This document shows positions 29,190 through 39,782 of a stretch of DNA of 64,000 nucleotides, in pieces. This DNA is from Chloroflexota bacterium (GTDB taxonomy: Bacteria; Chloroflexota; Dehalococcoidia; Lucifugimonadales; JADFKI01): NCBI GenBank assembly GCA_027623195.1, contig JAQBUT010000005.1:1-64000 (forward strand). The letters run 5' to 3'. Positions within the stretch are counted from its first letter, which is position 1. Each line of letters begins with the position of its first letter. The translations under genes were made by a program, and so were the position numbers. Below the pieces are notes generated by a model. It was not told the DNA's origin. It saw nothing but the letters and a program-made list of their open reading frames with translations, and did not search any database.

Positions 29190-31319
29190 CTATCCCACCG
29201 CTGACGTTGTTAGGTTTCGCTGAAGCGCGACGTAAATTAATGTCATTACGTCCAAAATTAGGACGATTCGCCCATCGCCCAAAACACTGGCCCCGGCGAT
29301 ACCCTTAACGTCGCCAATGTACTTGCCCAGCGATTTGACTACGATTTCCTGAAGTTCGGTGAGCTCGTCAACGGCAAAACCAACAAGCTTTTCACCGATT
29401 CTCACAATGACGACCCAAATCTGGTCTTCTTCGCTAATACCGTCCGCTGTCATAGACGTCAAAGGCTGGTAATCCGAATTTTCGTCGTTCCTGCTCATTA
29501 CCGAGCCAAGACGTAGCAGCGGAACGACGTTGCCTCGGAGCCTAATGACCTCTTTGTCGCCTTCCAGCGTGTTGATCTCGGACCTGCTTCTTCTTACCGC
29601 TTCCAACACGTAAACCAGTGGCACCGCGTAAGTGGTATTTTTCACGGTTACCAACATGGCCTGTAGCGTAGCCAAAGTGAGTGGCAGACGGAGGGTGAAA
29701 GTACTTCCCTTTCCCAACTCCGTATCTACCGTTAAGAATCCATTAATTGCGCTGATGTTGGATTTAACAATGTCCATTCCAACACCACGACCGGATATGT
29801 CAGTTGTTTGGGCAGCGGTAGAGGAACCCGGCAGGAATATCAGGTCCAGGGCTTCGGCTTCGTTCAAGCGCGAGGCTGCCTCTGCCGATAGCAAACCCTT
29901 GCTAACCACCGCGTTCTTGACCTTTTCTGTATCTATTCCCCTACCGTCGTCCTTGACTTGAATTACGATGTGACCCTGCTCGTGGAAAGCGGATAACGAA
30001 ATATTCCCCGACTCCGGCTTGCCCAGGGCCAAACGCTCTTCCGGAGGCTCGATACCGTGATCCAGAGAGTTTCTGAGCAAGTGAACCAGCGGATCGCGGA
30101 TACGGTCTATGACGGTACGGTCTATCTCCGTATCCTGTCCCTCGACCTCGAAATTGATCTTCTTGTCGATCTTTTGTGCCAGGTCTCGCAACATACGTGG
30201 GAAGCCGTTAAATACGGTCCCTACGGGCTGCATACGGACCTTCATAGTGCTTTCCTGCAGCTCGTCCACAACTCTCACGATGTGGTCCGCAGTCTTATTC
30301 AGCGACTGCACCAGTTCGTCGTCCTCGTATTGCGCGTCCAGCCCCTTGCTGATCTGCACAATTCTGGTCCGGTCTATTATCAGTTCACCGATCATGTTCA
30401 TCATGTGGTCCAGCCGCTCCACATCAATTCGCACTGTTTGCGACTGGCTGCCTCGTGCCGTCTGCTTGGCTTCGCCTTCCTCAGCGGGAGCCTCTTCGGC
30501 AGACCCGACTTGGACTTGTTTAGGCGGGGCGGCTACTGCAACTGCGACTGGCTGAGCAGGACTATTCGAAGTGAACGGGCCTAGCTCGATTCCTTCAACA
30601 TCATCCAGCCCTTGGTAACTGGCCTTCAGATCTTCTTCCGATTTGTCTGTTGCCAAAACTATCTTTATCTGGTGCCCGACTTGCTCGGCCGCAATATCGT
30701 CATGCGTGGGCTTGGCCCCCAGGACTTCTCCCAGGTCAGACGACATCTCCAACGCTTGGAAGCAGCGAACTGCTGTCCAATCAGTGGATTGATCGAACGT
30801 AATCGTCACTTCGAATACGAATTGGCCAGAATTCTGGCTGAAAGCCATTCTTGCCATTTTCTCTTCTGAAAGAACTACCTCTGTTTCAAGCTCCTTGGCA
30901 TCTCCGCCTTCATTGCCAGCCCCTCCAGCGTCTATTGCTAGTTCGAGTTCGGCAACTACGGACGTGACGTCAGTCTCCGGAGCATCCTCTACCAGAAGTT
31001 CCTCTTTAAGAAGGGTAAGCGCGTCCAAACCGTGAAGGAGCGCATCCGCAACTTGAGTCGTCACTTCCATAGTGCCTTTTCGCACCATGTCCAGAAGCGT
31101 CTCCATGACGTGGGCCAGCGCTGTCATGCGCTGGTGACCGAGCATGGCAGAAGAGCCTTTCAAGGTGTGCGCGGCCCTGAATATTTCCTGCAAAAGCTCC
31201 TGATTGTCGCCTTCACGTTCAAGACGAACGATATCTTCGTCTAGCAACTGAAGGTGCTCTTCAGCCTCCTGTAGAAAGGCTTGAAGGTCTTCTGCCGTTA
31301 TGTCGGGGGCCAACTCCAT
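29190..31319 (-). CDS. cheA: Chemotaxis histidine kinase CheA
   Basis: IFRAAHTLKG HPt, DPLVHLLRNSLDHG, DDGRG, SGRGVGMD, C-terminal CheW-like domain; GGAGG RBS fits ATG 31319. Confidence 0.97.
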   Translation of the reverse strand: MELAPDITAEDLQAFLQEAEEHLQLLDEDIVRLEREGDNQELLQEIFRAAHTLKGSSAMLGHQRMTALAHVMETLLDMVRKGTMEVTTQVADALLHGLDALTLLKEELLVEDAPETDVTSVVAELELAIDAGGAGNEGGDAKELETEVVLSEEKMARMAFSQNSGQFVFEVTITFDQSTDWTAVRCFQALEMSSDLGEVLGAKPTHDDIAAEQVGHQIKIVLATDKSEEDLKASYQGLDDVEGIELGPFTSNSPAQPVAVAVAAPPKQVQVGSAEEAPAEEGEAKQTARGSQSQTVRIDVERLDHMMNMIGELIIDRTRIVQISKGLDAQYEDDELVQSLNKTADHIVRVVDELQESTMKVRMQPVGTVFNGFPRMLRDLAQKIDKKINFEVEGQDTEIDRTVIDRIRDPLVHLLRNSLDHGIEPPEERLALGKPESGNISLSAFHEQGHIVIQVKDDGRGIDTEKVKNAVVSKGLLSAEAASRLNEAEALDLIFLPGSSTAAQTTDISGRGVGMDIVKSNISAINGFLTVDTELGKGSTFTLRLPLTLATLQAMLVTVKNTTYAVPLVYVLEAVRRSRSEINTLEGDKEVIRLRGNVVPLLRLGSVMSRNDENSDYQPLTSMTADGISEEDQIWVVIVRIGEKLVGFAVDELTELQEIVVKSLGKYIGDVKGIAGASVLGDGRIVLILDVMTLIYVALQRNLTTSAVG

Positions 31320-31745
31320 GGACATCCTCCCGGGCTAGTAAATACAGTGGTCTTGCGGCTACACCCGCCGACGAATTTCGACAACATCGAAGCCGTTGCG
31401 AATGTGCGTGGTCTTCTAGCTATCCGAGAGCGCCCACGGTCTCATCCAAGCAAATCAATGCTCGTTCCTCCGAATCAACAGGGGGTACTCAAAATGTCGG
31501 CATATCTGAGCTTCGAACTGCCCCAATTAAATGGGCACAGACATGGCTCAGCTGCCGAATAATTCAGTTTCGTTAACAAATGTATCAACGTAGCTATCCA
31601 ACCCCAAGAGTGGCGACTCGCAACGGACTGTGGCGAAATCCACTGATGTCTATTGCGGATATGGCGTAATGCCCAAACAGTACTCTGCTTATGCGAAGCT
31701 CTTCGGGGCCAATTCCAAAGTAACCCGACTGGCGGTATTAGGAAC

Positions 31746-31777
31746 AAAAAAAGGGACGGACCAATGATCCGTCCCTT
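31746..31777 (-). terminator. Intrinsic terminator after the opp operon
   Basis: AAGGGACGGA/TCCGTCCCTT stem with T7 on the minus strand. Confidence 0.85.
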
Positions 31778-31817
31778 AGAAATATGTTATCCGTTCTATC
31801 GTAGTGCGCTAAGTGGT

Positions 31818-32783
31818 CTACCTTGTTCGAGGGTTCAAAACATCATTTAAGGCGTCGCCAAGTAAATTCCATGCGAATACCAGCAGCAGAGCGACGATGC
31901 CGGGCGCTAGCAACATCCATGGCACCTCTCGAAGGGCGCTGAGGCTGCCTCCTTCTAAAAGCATCCTGCCCAGACTTGGCCGAGGCGGCTGAATGCCCAG
32001 TCCCAGCCAGCTAAGGATGATTTCCACGCCAATGAGAACGCCCATGCCCATTGTCACCGTCACGACAATAGGGCTTATGGCGTTGGGCAGTAGGTGAAGA
32101 AAGAGTATGCGCGGCGTAGACGCCCCCACAGCCTTAGCCGCCTCGACGTGCTGAGTCTCTCTCAAGGTCAGGACCTGGGCCCGCACCAGCCGAGCCATAC
32201 CCACCCAGTTGAACGCCACCAGCGCCAGGGAGATTACGAAATAGTCGGCTACCCCGGCTCGCACAAGTCCATCCAGGGAGGTATTGTCCTCCAATGCCCT
32301 CATCCAGTCCAAAACTCGCGGACGCAACGTAGCGGCCAGCAGAATAATCAAGAGAATGTCTGGAAAGGACGCGAAAAGCTCGCCCGTACGCATGATCAAG
32401 GCATCTACACGTCTGCCGAAGTAACCTGAGACCAGGCCCAACGTGACGCCGATAACCAGCCCGCCCGTCGCCATGGACACAAACGTGATTATAGTTGTGT
32501 TCTGAATACCCCACAGAACCCTCGTGAATATGTCTCTGCCGGCGAAGTCCGTGCCGGCAATATGCTCCATACTTGGGGCCTTTCGAATGGCGGTGTAGTC
32601 CTGCTCCGTGTAGTCGTACGGAGCAATTAGGGGAGCAAATATGCCCGCGCCGTAAACTACGACCAGGATCACGATGGAGGCTACGGCTACTTTCTTACGA
32701 ATTAGCCGGGAGCCGGCCCTGACCAAATGGCCCTTGCTCCCTTGCCTAGCCTCAAGATGCTCGACAACCTCTGCTACAGCCAT
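31818..32783 (-). CDS. Peptide/nickel ABC permease (OppC/DppC family)
   Basis: GTDFAGRD, EAA loop, LGLGIQPP, NLLGDALND..NPR. Confidence 0.92.
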   Translation of the reverse strand: MAVAEVVEHLEARQGSKGHLVRAGSRLIRKKVAVASIVILVVVYGAGIFAPLIAPYDYTEQDYTAIRKAPSMEHIAGTDFAGRDIFTRVLWGIQNTTIITFVSMATGGLVIGVTLGLVSGYFGRRVDALIMRTGELFASFPDILLIILLAATLRPRVLDWMRALEDNTSLDGLVRAGVADYFVISLALVAFNWVGMARLVRAQVLTLRETQHVEAAKAVGASTPRILFLHLLPNAISPIVVTVTMGMGVLIGVEIILSWLGLGIQPPRPSLGRMLLEGGSLSALREVPWMLLAPGIVALLLVFAWNLLGDALNDVLNPRTR

Positions 32784-32844
32784 GGAACGTCCCCCTGGCT
32801 CCAGGCAATTAATCGGGGCATGCCCAAGATCGCGATTACGTTCG

Positions 32845-33774
32845 TCACTGGTACCGTATCCTCGGGTCTATTACGGCGTAGGTGATATCCGCCAGGAGGT
32901 TAGCCAACACAAACGCTGCGGAGCCCAGAATAGTCATGGCCATTATTATGGGATAGTCTCTGGCGAAAACCGAGTCTATGGTGAACTGGCCCACACCAGG
33001 AATACCCAGAATGAACTCCACGATGAAGCTAGTGGTAAACATCCCTGCCAAGGCAAAGGAAAGAATCGTGACTATGGGAATCATGGCGTTTTTCAGAATG
33101 TGCCTGGAATCCACGGTGAAACTGGAGAGACCCTTGGCCTTTGCCGTCCGGATGAAGTCCTGACCCATGACATCCAGAGTGCTGGCGCGCATTAAACGTG
33201 CCAGGCCAGCTATCCCTGGTACCCCCAGAGTTATGGCAGGTACGATGATCCTTAGGTCGAATATCCCTCCCCATCCTGAACAAGGCACCACGCTCCATTT
33301 AAGGCAAAGCAGCCACAGCGCGGCAGGGATGGTCACCATTATGGGAATAGACATTAGAAACAAGATTAAGGCAACTGAAGCAGGATCCATCCATCGCCCC
33401 TGTTTATGAGCCACCCAAAATCCCAACGGCAGCCCGAATCCCAAGCTGACTATCATAGCTGCCAGGTTAACCTGAAATGAGATCAGGAACTTTGGAAAGA
33501 GGAGCGATGAGACGGAACGACCTCGATGGCGGTAGCTCTCTCCGAAATCGCCTTGCACTACGCCCCACATATACTCGCGATACTGAACGTCGAAGCGCTT
33601 ATCCAGCCCTAGCTGGGTCCTGATATTCTTGGCGGCCAACTCGTCGTAGCGCACGCCTAGAATAACCTCGACCGGGTCGCCGGGACCAAACCGGCCAAGG
33701 GTGAAGGTGATTAGCGATGCCGCTATCATTATCACCGGCAGCCAAAGCAGCCTACGAGTTATGTAAATCCACAT
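32845..33774 (-). CDS. Peptide/nickel ABC permease (OppB/DppB family)
   Basis: PGDP, GDFGES, TAKAKGL, RDYP, DPRIR. Confidence 0.92.
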   Translation of the reverse strand: MWIYITRRLLWLPVIMIAASLITFTLGRFGPGDPVEVILGVRYDELAAKNIRTQLGLDKRFDVQYREYMWGVVQGDFGESYRHRGRSVSSLLFPKFLISFQVNLAAMIVSLGFGLPLGFWVAHKQGRWMDPASVALILFLMSIPIMVTIPAALWLLCLKWSVVPCSGWGGIFDLRIIVPAITLGVPGIAGLARLMRASTLDVMGQDFIRTAKAKGLSSFTVDSRHILKNAMIPIVTILSFALAGMFTTSFIVEFILGIPGVGQFTIDSVFARDYPIIMAMTILGSAAFVLANLLADITYAVIDPRIRYQ

Positions 33775-33922
33775 TTCGCGTCCCCATGCCGGATGGCTTG
33801 CGTTAGCTGAAGAATTCGGTCATCCACGCAGCCCCTCCATGCATCCTGTTTGCTATGTTTGCACGAGGTCTGATTCGCTTTCAAGGGCATTGTCCCGCTT
33901 CATATGTGCCATCAGCGAGTTG

Positions 33923-33959
33923 AAAATGCTCTCCCTCATTTCACTGGGGGAGAGCATTT
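33923..33959 (-). terminator. Intercistronic hairpin/terminator after the binding-protein gene
   Basis: AAATGCTCTCCCTCA / TGGGGGAGAGCATTT stem with a short T tract. Confidence 0.6.
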
Positions 33960-33966
33960 CTGGATT

Positions 33967-35688
33967 CTAGTTGCCTTCGATGTAGATATGCCGCAGCTTC
34001 GGCACCGTCATGGGAGTTAGAGCGTAGCCCTTTACGTAGGATTTTAGGAGCAGGTGGCGCTCTCCCGTATACCAGAGCGGAACCCAGGCTGCATCTTGTA
34101 CGATTATCTCTTCCGCCTGGTTGTAAAGCCGAACGCGCTTGCCGGGGTCAATTTCCACACGCGCCTGCTCCAGTAGGGTATCCACCGCAGGGTTGGAATA
34201 CCCTCCGTGGTTCGTCTCGCTTTCAGAGTGGAATAGAATGTCTAAGAAGTCCTGTGGGTCCGGGTAGTCGGCCTGCCATGCAAGTCCGGCAAAACCCTGG
34301 AATTTTTTACGGTTCAGGTCCTGCAAGTAGGTAGCCCACTCGACTTGCTGAATCTCAACCTCCACACCCAGCGTCTGCCGCCACATCTCAAGTATCACCT
34401 CAAGATCGAGGCCTATGTTTCCGCCGCTACCAGGGACCGTGATTACGATACGGGGCCGGGTATCTGGATCCGCATATGCAGACTCCGCGAGGAGCTGCTT
34501 TGCCCGCGCTTCATCGAATTCTAGCCCAACAAGATTGGGGTTATAACCAGGGAATCCAGGAGGCAATATGCCATATGCTGGCACCCGCAGGCCCGCCAGG
34601 ACCTCCTCGGCTATTAATTCCTTGTCTATGGCGTAGTTAAGAGCTTGCCGGAATTTAATATCATCAAAGGGAGCTTCCAGTGGATTCAGGCCTATGTAGG
34701 AGACGCTGAAGCCCGGGGGTGAAACATGCAGGTCCTTGCTAAGAGGCTCATTAGGGTCGCGCAGCCGCTCCAGGTCGAACAGGCCAACGCCTGTAAAATC
34801 GATCTCGTCGTTTTCATACATGGCCATGGCCTGTCCGCCAGCCAAGTTCATATCCACCCTGTCGAGCTTGGCAGGCTCCAGGTAGAAATCCGCAAATCTG
34901 TCCAGGATAATTCGCTCGCCTACCTTGTACTCCCTAAGAATGAATGGCCCTGTTCCATTGGGAGCGTCTGTCCAGCTAGGATCAGACTCCGTCTGGTTCT
35001 TGTCCACTACGAAGGCGGTAGGGTAGGTAAGCTTTGCCAGGAAGTACGCTTTAGGCGCATCAATTGTAATCTGAAGGGTCTTCTCATCTATGGCCTTTAC
35101 CCCGGTTACCCGCTCGGCTTTGCCTTCCAGCACATCGCGGACGCCCACTATATCGCCAATGTATGTATCCGCGGTTGGTGACGCCGTACTGGGGCTTGCA
35201 GCCCTATTAATGGAGTAAACGAAGTCCTCTGCTGTAACAGACCGACCATCATGGAATTTGGCCTTCGGCCTTATATGAAACGTGTAAACGGTACCATCTC
35301 CATTGATGTCCCAGCTTTCGGCGATGTCCGGAGCCAGGCGAAGGTCAGTGTCTATGGTGATCAGGCCACTGAAAACCTCAACCACAACTCCGGCAGAGGT
35401 TGTATCTGATGTCAGGTGTGGGTCCAGAGTGGGAGGGTCCGACCAGAGCCTTCTGAACACGCCTCCGGAGTTCCCAGTATTAGCGGACGTCGTTCCCTGA
35501 GAAGACGACGTAGGCGCGACTGGCACCGATGATTCAATCGATTCAGGTGTGGCGGTCTCGCTTGTCTGGGCCGCAGCAGAAGCATCCACATCGGTATCAC
35601 CCGGCGCAATTGCTTCGCCGCATGCCACCGCCAAAAGTACAACCACGAACAGTGGAAGTAGGAAAAGCTTACGCATGATAAGAGTCAC
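33967..35688 (-). CDS. Peptide ABC substrate-binding lipoprotein (OppA family)
   Basis: Lipobox AVAC, TLDP, KFHDG, GTGPF, WQADYPDP. Confidence 0.93.
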   Translation of the reverse strand: MTLIMRKLFLLPLFVVVLLAVACGEAIAPGDTDVDASAAAQTSETATPESIESSVPVAPTSSSQGTTSANTGNSGGVFRRLWSDPPTLDPHLTSDTTSAGVVVEVFSGLITIDTDLRLAPDIAESWDINGDGTVYTFHIRPKAKFHDGRSVTAEDFVYSINRAASPSTASPTADTYIGDIVGVRDVLEGKAERVTGVKAIDEKTLQITIDAPKAYFLAKLTYPTAFVVDKNQTESDPSWTDAPNGTGPFILREYKVGERIILDRFADFYLEPAKLDRVDMNLAGGQAMAMYENDEIDFTGVGLFDLERLRDPNEPLSKDLHVSPPGFSVSYIGLNPLEAPFDDIKFRQALNYAIDKELIAEEVLAGLRVPAYGILPPGFPGYNPNLVGLEFDEARAKQLLAESAYADPDTRPRIVITVPGSGGNIGLDLEVILEMWRQTLGVEVEIQQVEWATYLQDLNRKKFQGFAGLAWQADYPDPQDFLDILFHSESETNHGGYSNPAVDTLLEQARVEIDPGKRVRLYNQAEEIIVQDAAWVPLWYTGERHLLLKSYVKGYALTPMTVPKLRHIYIEGN

Positions 35689-35874
35689 CTACGTTTCCAG
35701 TTTTTGCTTTAGGCAAATTACGTCTCCCTTTTGATGCCCATATACCCCTACGAGATGGCACCAAACATTTTTGTAATTTCAGGCAAAGATTCAACCGGGC
35801 AAATTCATCGCAACTACAAGCCATTCTAGATGTCTGGTCGAATGTACGACATATTGATTCTCTTCTTAACTAAA

Positions 35875-36976
35875 CTAATCAGAGCCCACCGTAGACGTAA
35901 GGTAGGCCCTCATGAAGTCATCCAGGTCGCCATCCAGGACGCCATCAGCGTCTGAAGTCTCAAAGTTAGTGCGGTGGTCCTTGACCATCCTGTAGGGCTG
36001 AAGCACGTAACTCCGTATCTGGTTGCCCCACTCAGGCGAAATGTGGTCGCCCTTGATCTTCGCCATAGCCTTGGCCTTTTCTGCCAACTCCCTCTCCACC
36101 AGTCTGCCCATAAGGATCCGCATAGCGAATTCCTTATTCTGGTGCTGGGAGCGTTCATTCTGGCAGCTAACCTTGATGCCCGTGGGCAGGTGAGTTATAC
36201 GCACGGCAGTAGAGTTCTTCTGAACGCTCTGCCCTCCGGCGCCGCCCGCCCTGAATACATCTATCTTCAGGTCGTCGGAGTTAATAACGAGGTCCGTTCC
36301 CTCCTCCACCTCAGGCATCACCTCTATCAAGGCAAATGAGGTATGGCGGGCATGATCAGAGTCGAAGGGGGACAGCCTTACCAGGCGGTGAACTCCCCTT
36401 TCGGCCTGCAGATATCCATAGGCGAACTGGCCTGATATTTGAACGATAGCGCTCTTGATCCCAGCCTCTTCACCTACTGAGACTTCCAGTAATTCGCCCT
36501 TGAAGCCACGTCTCTCAGCCCAACGCATGTACATCCTCACCAACATGCTGGCCCAGTCTTGAGATTCGACACCGCCAGCTCCCGCGTGAATGGCCATAAT
36601 GACATTCCGCTCGTCGTAGGGACCAGAAAGCACCAGCTTGAACTCAAGCTCAGCCAGTCTTTCTTGTACCTCCACCAACTCTTGAGAAAAGCTTTCCAGA
36701 AGGGAGTTATCCTTCTCTTCGATGGATAGAGTTAGCAACTCATGCAGGGAAGAGGCTTTATCATCCAGGCTCCTCCAGGATTCCACCTCTTCCTTTAACC
36801 CCGAGAGCCTTCTCATCTTGTGCTGTGCCTTCGCTGACAATTCCCAGAATGAGGGCTCAGAGGCCTCTTTTTCCAGAGCCTCTATCTCTTTTTCCTTAGA
36901 AGGAAGGTCAAAGACGCACCATAAAACCGGCTATCTGGTCTCTGACTTCAGATGTCGGCCCCTTTATCTCCTGCAT
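35875..36976 (-). CDS. prfB: Peptide chain release factor 2 with programmed +1 frameshift
   Basis: SPF and GGQ motifs; ATG 36976 with GAGGGGG RBS; 22 codons then CTT TGA C (36913-36907); the +1 frame joins the 35875..36840 ORF. Confidence 0.95.
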
Positions 36977-37016
36977 GTGTATACGGCCCCCTCGTTAATG
37001 CGGATTTGATCAGATC

Positions 37017-37059
37017 AAAAAAAAGTTCGCTGGTTGTTGTAGAACGGACAGTCAGCGAA
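37017..37059 (-). terminator. Terminator-like hairpin in the prfB leader
   Basis: TTCGCTG...CAGCGAA stem followed by C and T8; no upstream minus-strand gene to terminate. Confidence 0.55.
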
Positions 37060-37274
37060 GTACGAAACAGTGTACCTTACAGCCAATAATTTTCAGAAAA
37101 AACCGCCCTTTGGCTCTACTGACCAACAACATATAAAATTATAGCAAGGAGGGCGTTCGTCTGATAGTCGGTTGTCACCCATATTGAGTGTATTTGGCGT
37201 GTTGGCGCACAGCGTTCGACGGTGTACAATCGGAGCCGAATTCACGCGGTTTAGGCGGTTGTGGCGGTACCCAT

Positions 37275-38132
37275 ATGACAGACATCCCAGACATTAAAAT
37301 CGACTTACTCATCCAGCGTTATAGCGTACTTTTATTCGACTCATACGGCGTGCTCGCGGGCTCCACAGGAACATTCCCAGGCGCAGTAGAGTTAATAAGT
37401 CATCTCAACGAAATAAATAAGCCCTATTTCATCCTTACAAATGACGCCTCGGCGCTGCCGGATACCCGTTCTCAAAAATACGGGGCATTCGGCCTAATGG
37501 TTAACCCGGACAGAATCATAACCTCGGGGTCACTTCTGAAGAGCTATTTCAAGGTGGCTGGTCTAGAAGGTTCCAGATGCGTCGTGCTGGGTACGGAGGA
37601 CAGCGCCAGGTACGCCGAAGAAGCAGGCGCCGTTGTTGTTGGTCCCCAGGATCAGTTCGATACGGTGGTCATAGGCGATCAGGCAGGGTTTCCTTTCGTT
37701 GAAACGGTGGATACCGTAATGACCTCGCTGTTCAGAAGGCTGGATAAGAACGAGCACACCAACCTCGTCATGCCCAACCCTGATCTTATTTACCCAGAGG
37801 GCGACGGCTTTGGCATGGCCAGCGCCAGCGTCGCGCTGATATTGGAGGCCGCCCTGAATCTGCGATATCCCGACAGGCCGGAGCTAAGATTCACGCGGTT
37901 AGGCAAGCCACACCCCGCCATATATGAAGAGGCCCATCGCCGCGCTGGCGCACCAAACAATGAGAGCATGGTCATGGTAGGCGATCAGTTGGAGACGGAT
38001 ATTAAGGGTGCTATCGATTTTGGAATCGACTCGGTGCTGGTTAACACGGGCATCACAAACGTGGAGGCCCGAAACATACCAGACGCGCTGAGGCCGACTT
38101 ATCGAATGCAAAGTCTTACGCCTGGCACTTGA
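37275..38132 (+). CDS. HAD-superfamily IIA hydrolase (NagD-like)
   Basis: FDSYGVL, LTN, NPD, GKP, MVGDQLETDI.GA. Confidence 0.88.
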   Translation: MTDIPDIKIDLLIQRYSVLLFDSYGVLAGSTGTFPGAVELISHLNEINKPYFILTNDASALPDTRSQKYGAFGLMVNPDRIITSGSLLKSYFKVAGLEGSRCVVLGTEDSARYAEEAGAVVVGPQDQFDTVVIGDQAGFPFVETVDTVMTSLFRRLDKNEHTNLVMPNPDLIYPEGDGFGMASASVALILEAALNLRYPDRPELRFTRLGKPHPAIYEEAHRRAGAPNNESMVMVGDQLETDIKGAIDFGIDSVLVNTGITNVEARNIPDALRPTYRMQSLTPGT

Positions 38133-38207
38133 GCCCGCCCACAGCACGCTTATTTCAAAAAACCATCCAATCGTATTTGCCATGGACGCCACGGAGGAGT
38201 CTAAAAA

Positions 38208-39776
38208 ATGTTGGATATTCTTATCAAGAACGGCCTGATAATCGACGGCACCGGCAATCCGGGTTACTACGGCGCGGTGGGGGTCCAGGACAACGTGGTG
38301 AGCGTAATTCGTGGCTCGCTGGACAGCGTTGAGGCAAGTCGAGTTATTGATGCCACAGACCATGTGGTCTGCCCAGGCTTCATAGACATGCACTCCCACG
38401 CAGGGCTGGTCATCTTGTCCGAGCCGGAGCATCACCCCAAGGTGCGACAGGGCATCACGACAGAGCTTATCGGCGTTGACGGCAACTCCTACGCACCATT
38501 CCGCTCCCACGACGATTTTCTGGCCTTCGTTGAGGTAAATTCGGGTCTGGATGGGAACCCGCCGCTGCCCGGACAGTGGTCCACGGTGGAGCAGTACCTG
38601 GAGATGTTCGACCGCAAGACGGCTGTGAATATCGCATACATCCTGGGCAACTCGCCTGTGCGCATTAACGCCATGGGATGGGAAGACAAGTCGGCCACGG
38701 CATCAGACCTGGCCAACATGAAGGCGATAATCAGAGAGGCCATGGAGGAGGGCGCATTCGGTCTCTCCACGGGCCTGGAGTACCCGCCGGGCAACTACGC
38801 CGACACCGACGAACTGGTAGAGCTATCCAAATACGTCGCCGACCTGGGCGGTTTTTACCACACCCACGTGCGCTACAAGGATGGCGACCGCTTCCTGGAC
38901 CCATTCAATGAGGCCCTTGAGATCGGGACGCGGAGCGGCATACCTGTGCATATCACGCACTTCTTCCAGTCGGTCCCTATCCGCGGCGGAGGACGCCGGA
39001 TGCTTCAGCTAGTGGAGGACGCGTCAGCCTCCGGTCAGGACGTTACCTTCGACAGCTACCCATACATCCTGGGAAGCACCCGCATCACCATTGTGTTCCC
39101 TGACTGGACCCACGACGGCGGCCCGGCCAAGCTTAAAGCGGTCATGCGCTCCGAAGACGGACGAGCCCGCCTCCGCCAAGAGGTCGTAGCTCGGGCGGCG
39201 TCGTGGAGCGACATGTGGCTAACGTACTTTAAACAGCCGCAGAACCACCAGTACGAGGGCCTGTCCGTTGCCGAGATATCCAGCATGCGCAACCAGCACC
39301 CGGTCGACGCCCTTTGCGATTTGCTGCTGGAGGAGGACTTGCAGACCTGTTACGTAGCGGCAGGGTCCAACGGCAACACCCTACCCGCCTTTGTAACCCA
39401 CCCGCTTTCTATGGTTGGCAGCGACGCCGTGCTGGTTGGCGACTTTCCAAGTCCCCGTACCTACGGCTGCTTCCCAGTGATCCTGGCGGAGTACGTGAGA
39501 GAAGAGCAGCAGATGTCCCTGCCCAACGCCATTCGCAAGATGACGTCGTTTCCGGCGCAGCGCCTGGGAATCCACGACCGTGGGATCTTGCGGAACGGCA
39601 TGAAGGCCGACATAACGGTTTTCCACCCCAAGAACGTGCATACCCCGGCCACGCGAGCCAACCCCAAGCAGTTCCCCATCGGCATAGAGTACGTTATCGT
39701 AAACGGCACCATTGTCATCGACGGCGGCGAGCACACGGGGGTGCTACCAGGCCACGCGCTGAAGCATCGGGCGTAG
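38208..39776 (+). CDS. N-acyl-D-amino-acid deacylase family amidohydrolase
   Basis: IIDGTG, PGFIDMHSH, GLSTGLEY, GSD, PRTYG.F, VIVNG. Confidence 0.9.
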   Translation: MLDILIKNGLIIDGTGNPGYYGAVGVQDNVVSVIRGSLDSVEASRVIDATDHVVCPGFIDMHSHAGLVILSEPEHHPKVRQGITTELIGVDGNSYAPFRSHDDFLAFVEVNSGLDGNPPLPGQWSTVEQYLEMFDRKTAVNIAYILGNSPVRINAMGWEDKSATASDLANMKAIIREAMEEGAFGLSTGLEYPPGNYADTDELVELSKYVADLGGFYHTHVRYKDGDRFLDPFNEALEIGTRSGIPVHITHFFQSVPIRGGGRRMLQLVEDASASGQDVTFDSYPYILGSTRITIVFPDWTHDGGPAKLKAVMRSEDGRARLRQEVVARAASWSDMWLTYFKQPQNHQYEGLSVAEISSMRNQHPVDALCDLLLEEDLQTCYVAAGSNGNTLPAFVTHPLSMVGSDAVLVGDFPSPRTYGCFPVILAEYVREEQQMSLPNAIRKMTSFPAQRLGIHDRGILRNGMKADITVFHPKNVHTPATRANPKQFPIGIEYVIVNGTIVIDGGEHTGVLPGHALKHRA

Positions 39777-39782
39777 GTTAAG

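Noticed and set aside
31494..31520. Sigma28 promoter for cheA (GCCGACAT)
   Set aside because: No TAAA-like -35 at the expected spacing; the sequence is part of a hairpin arm.
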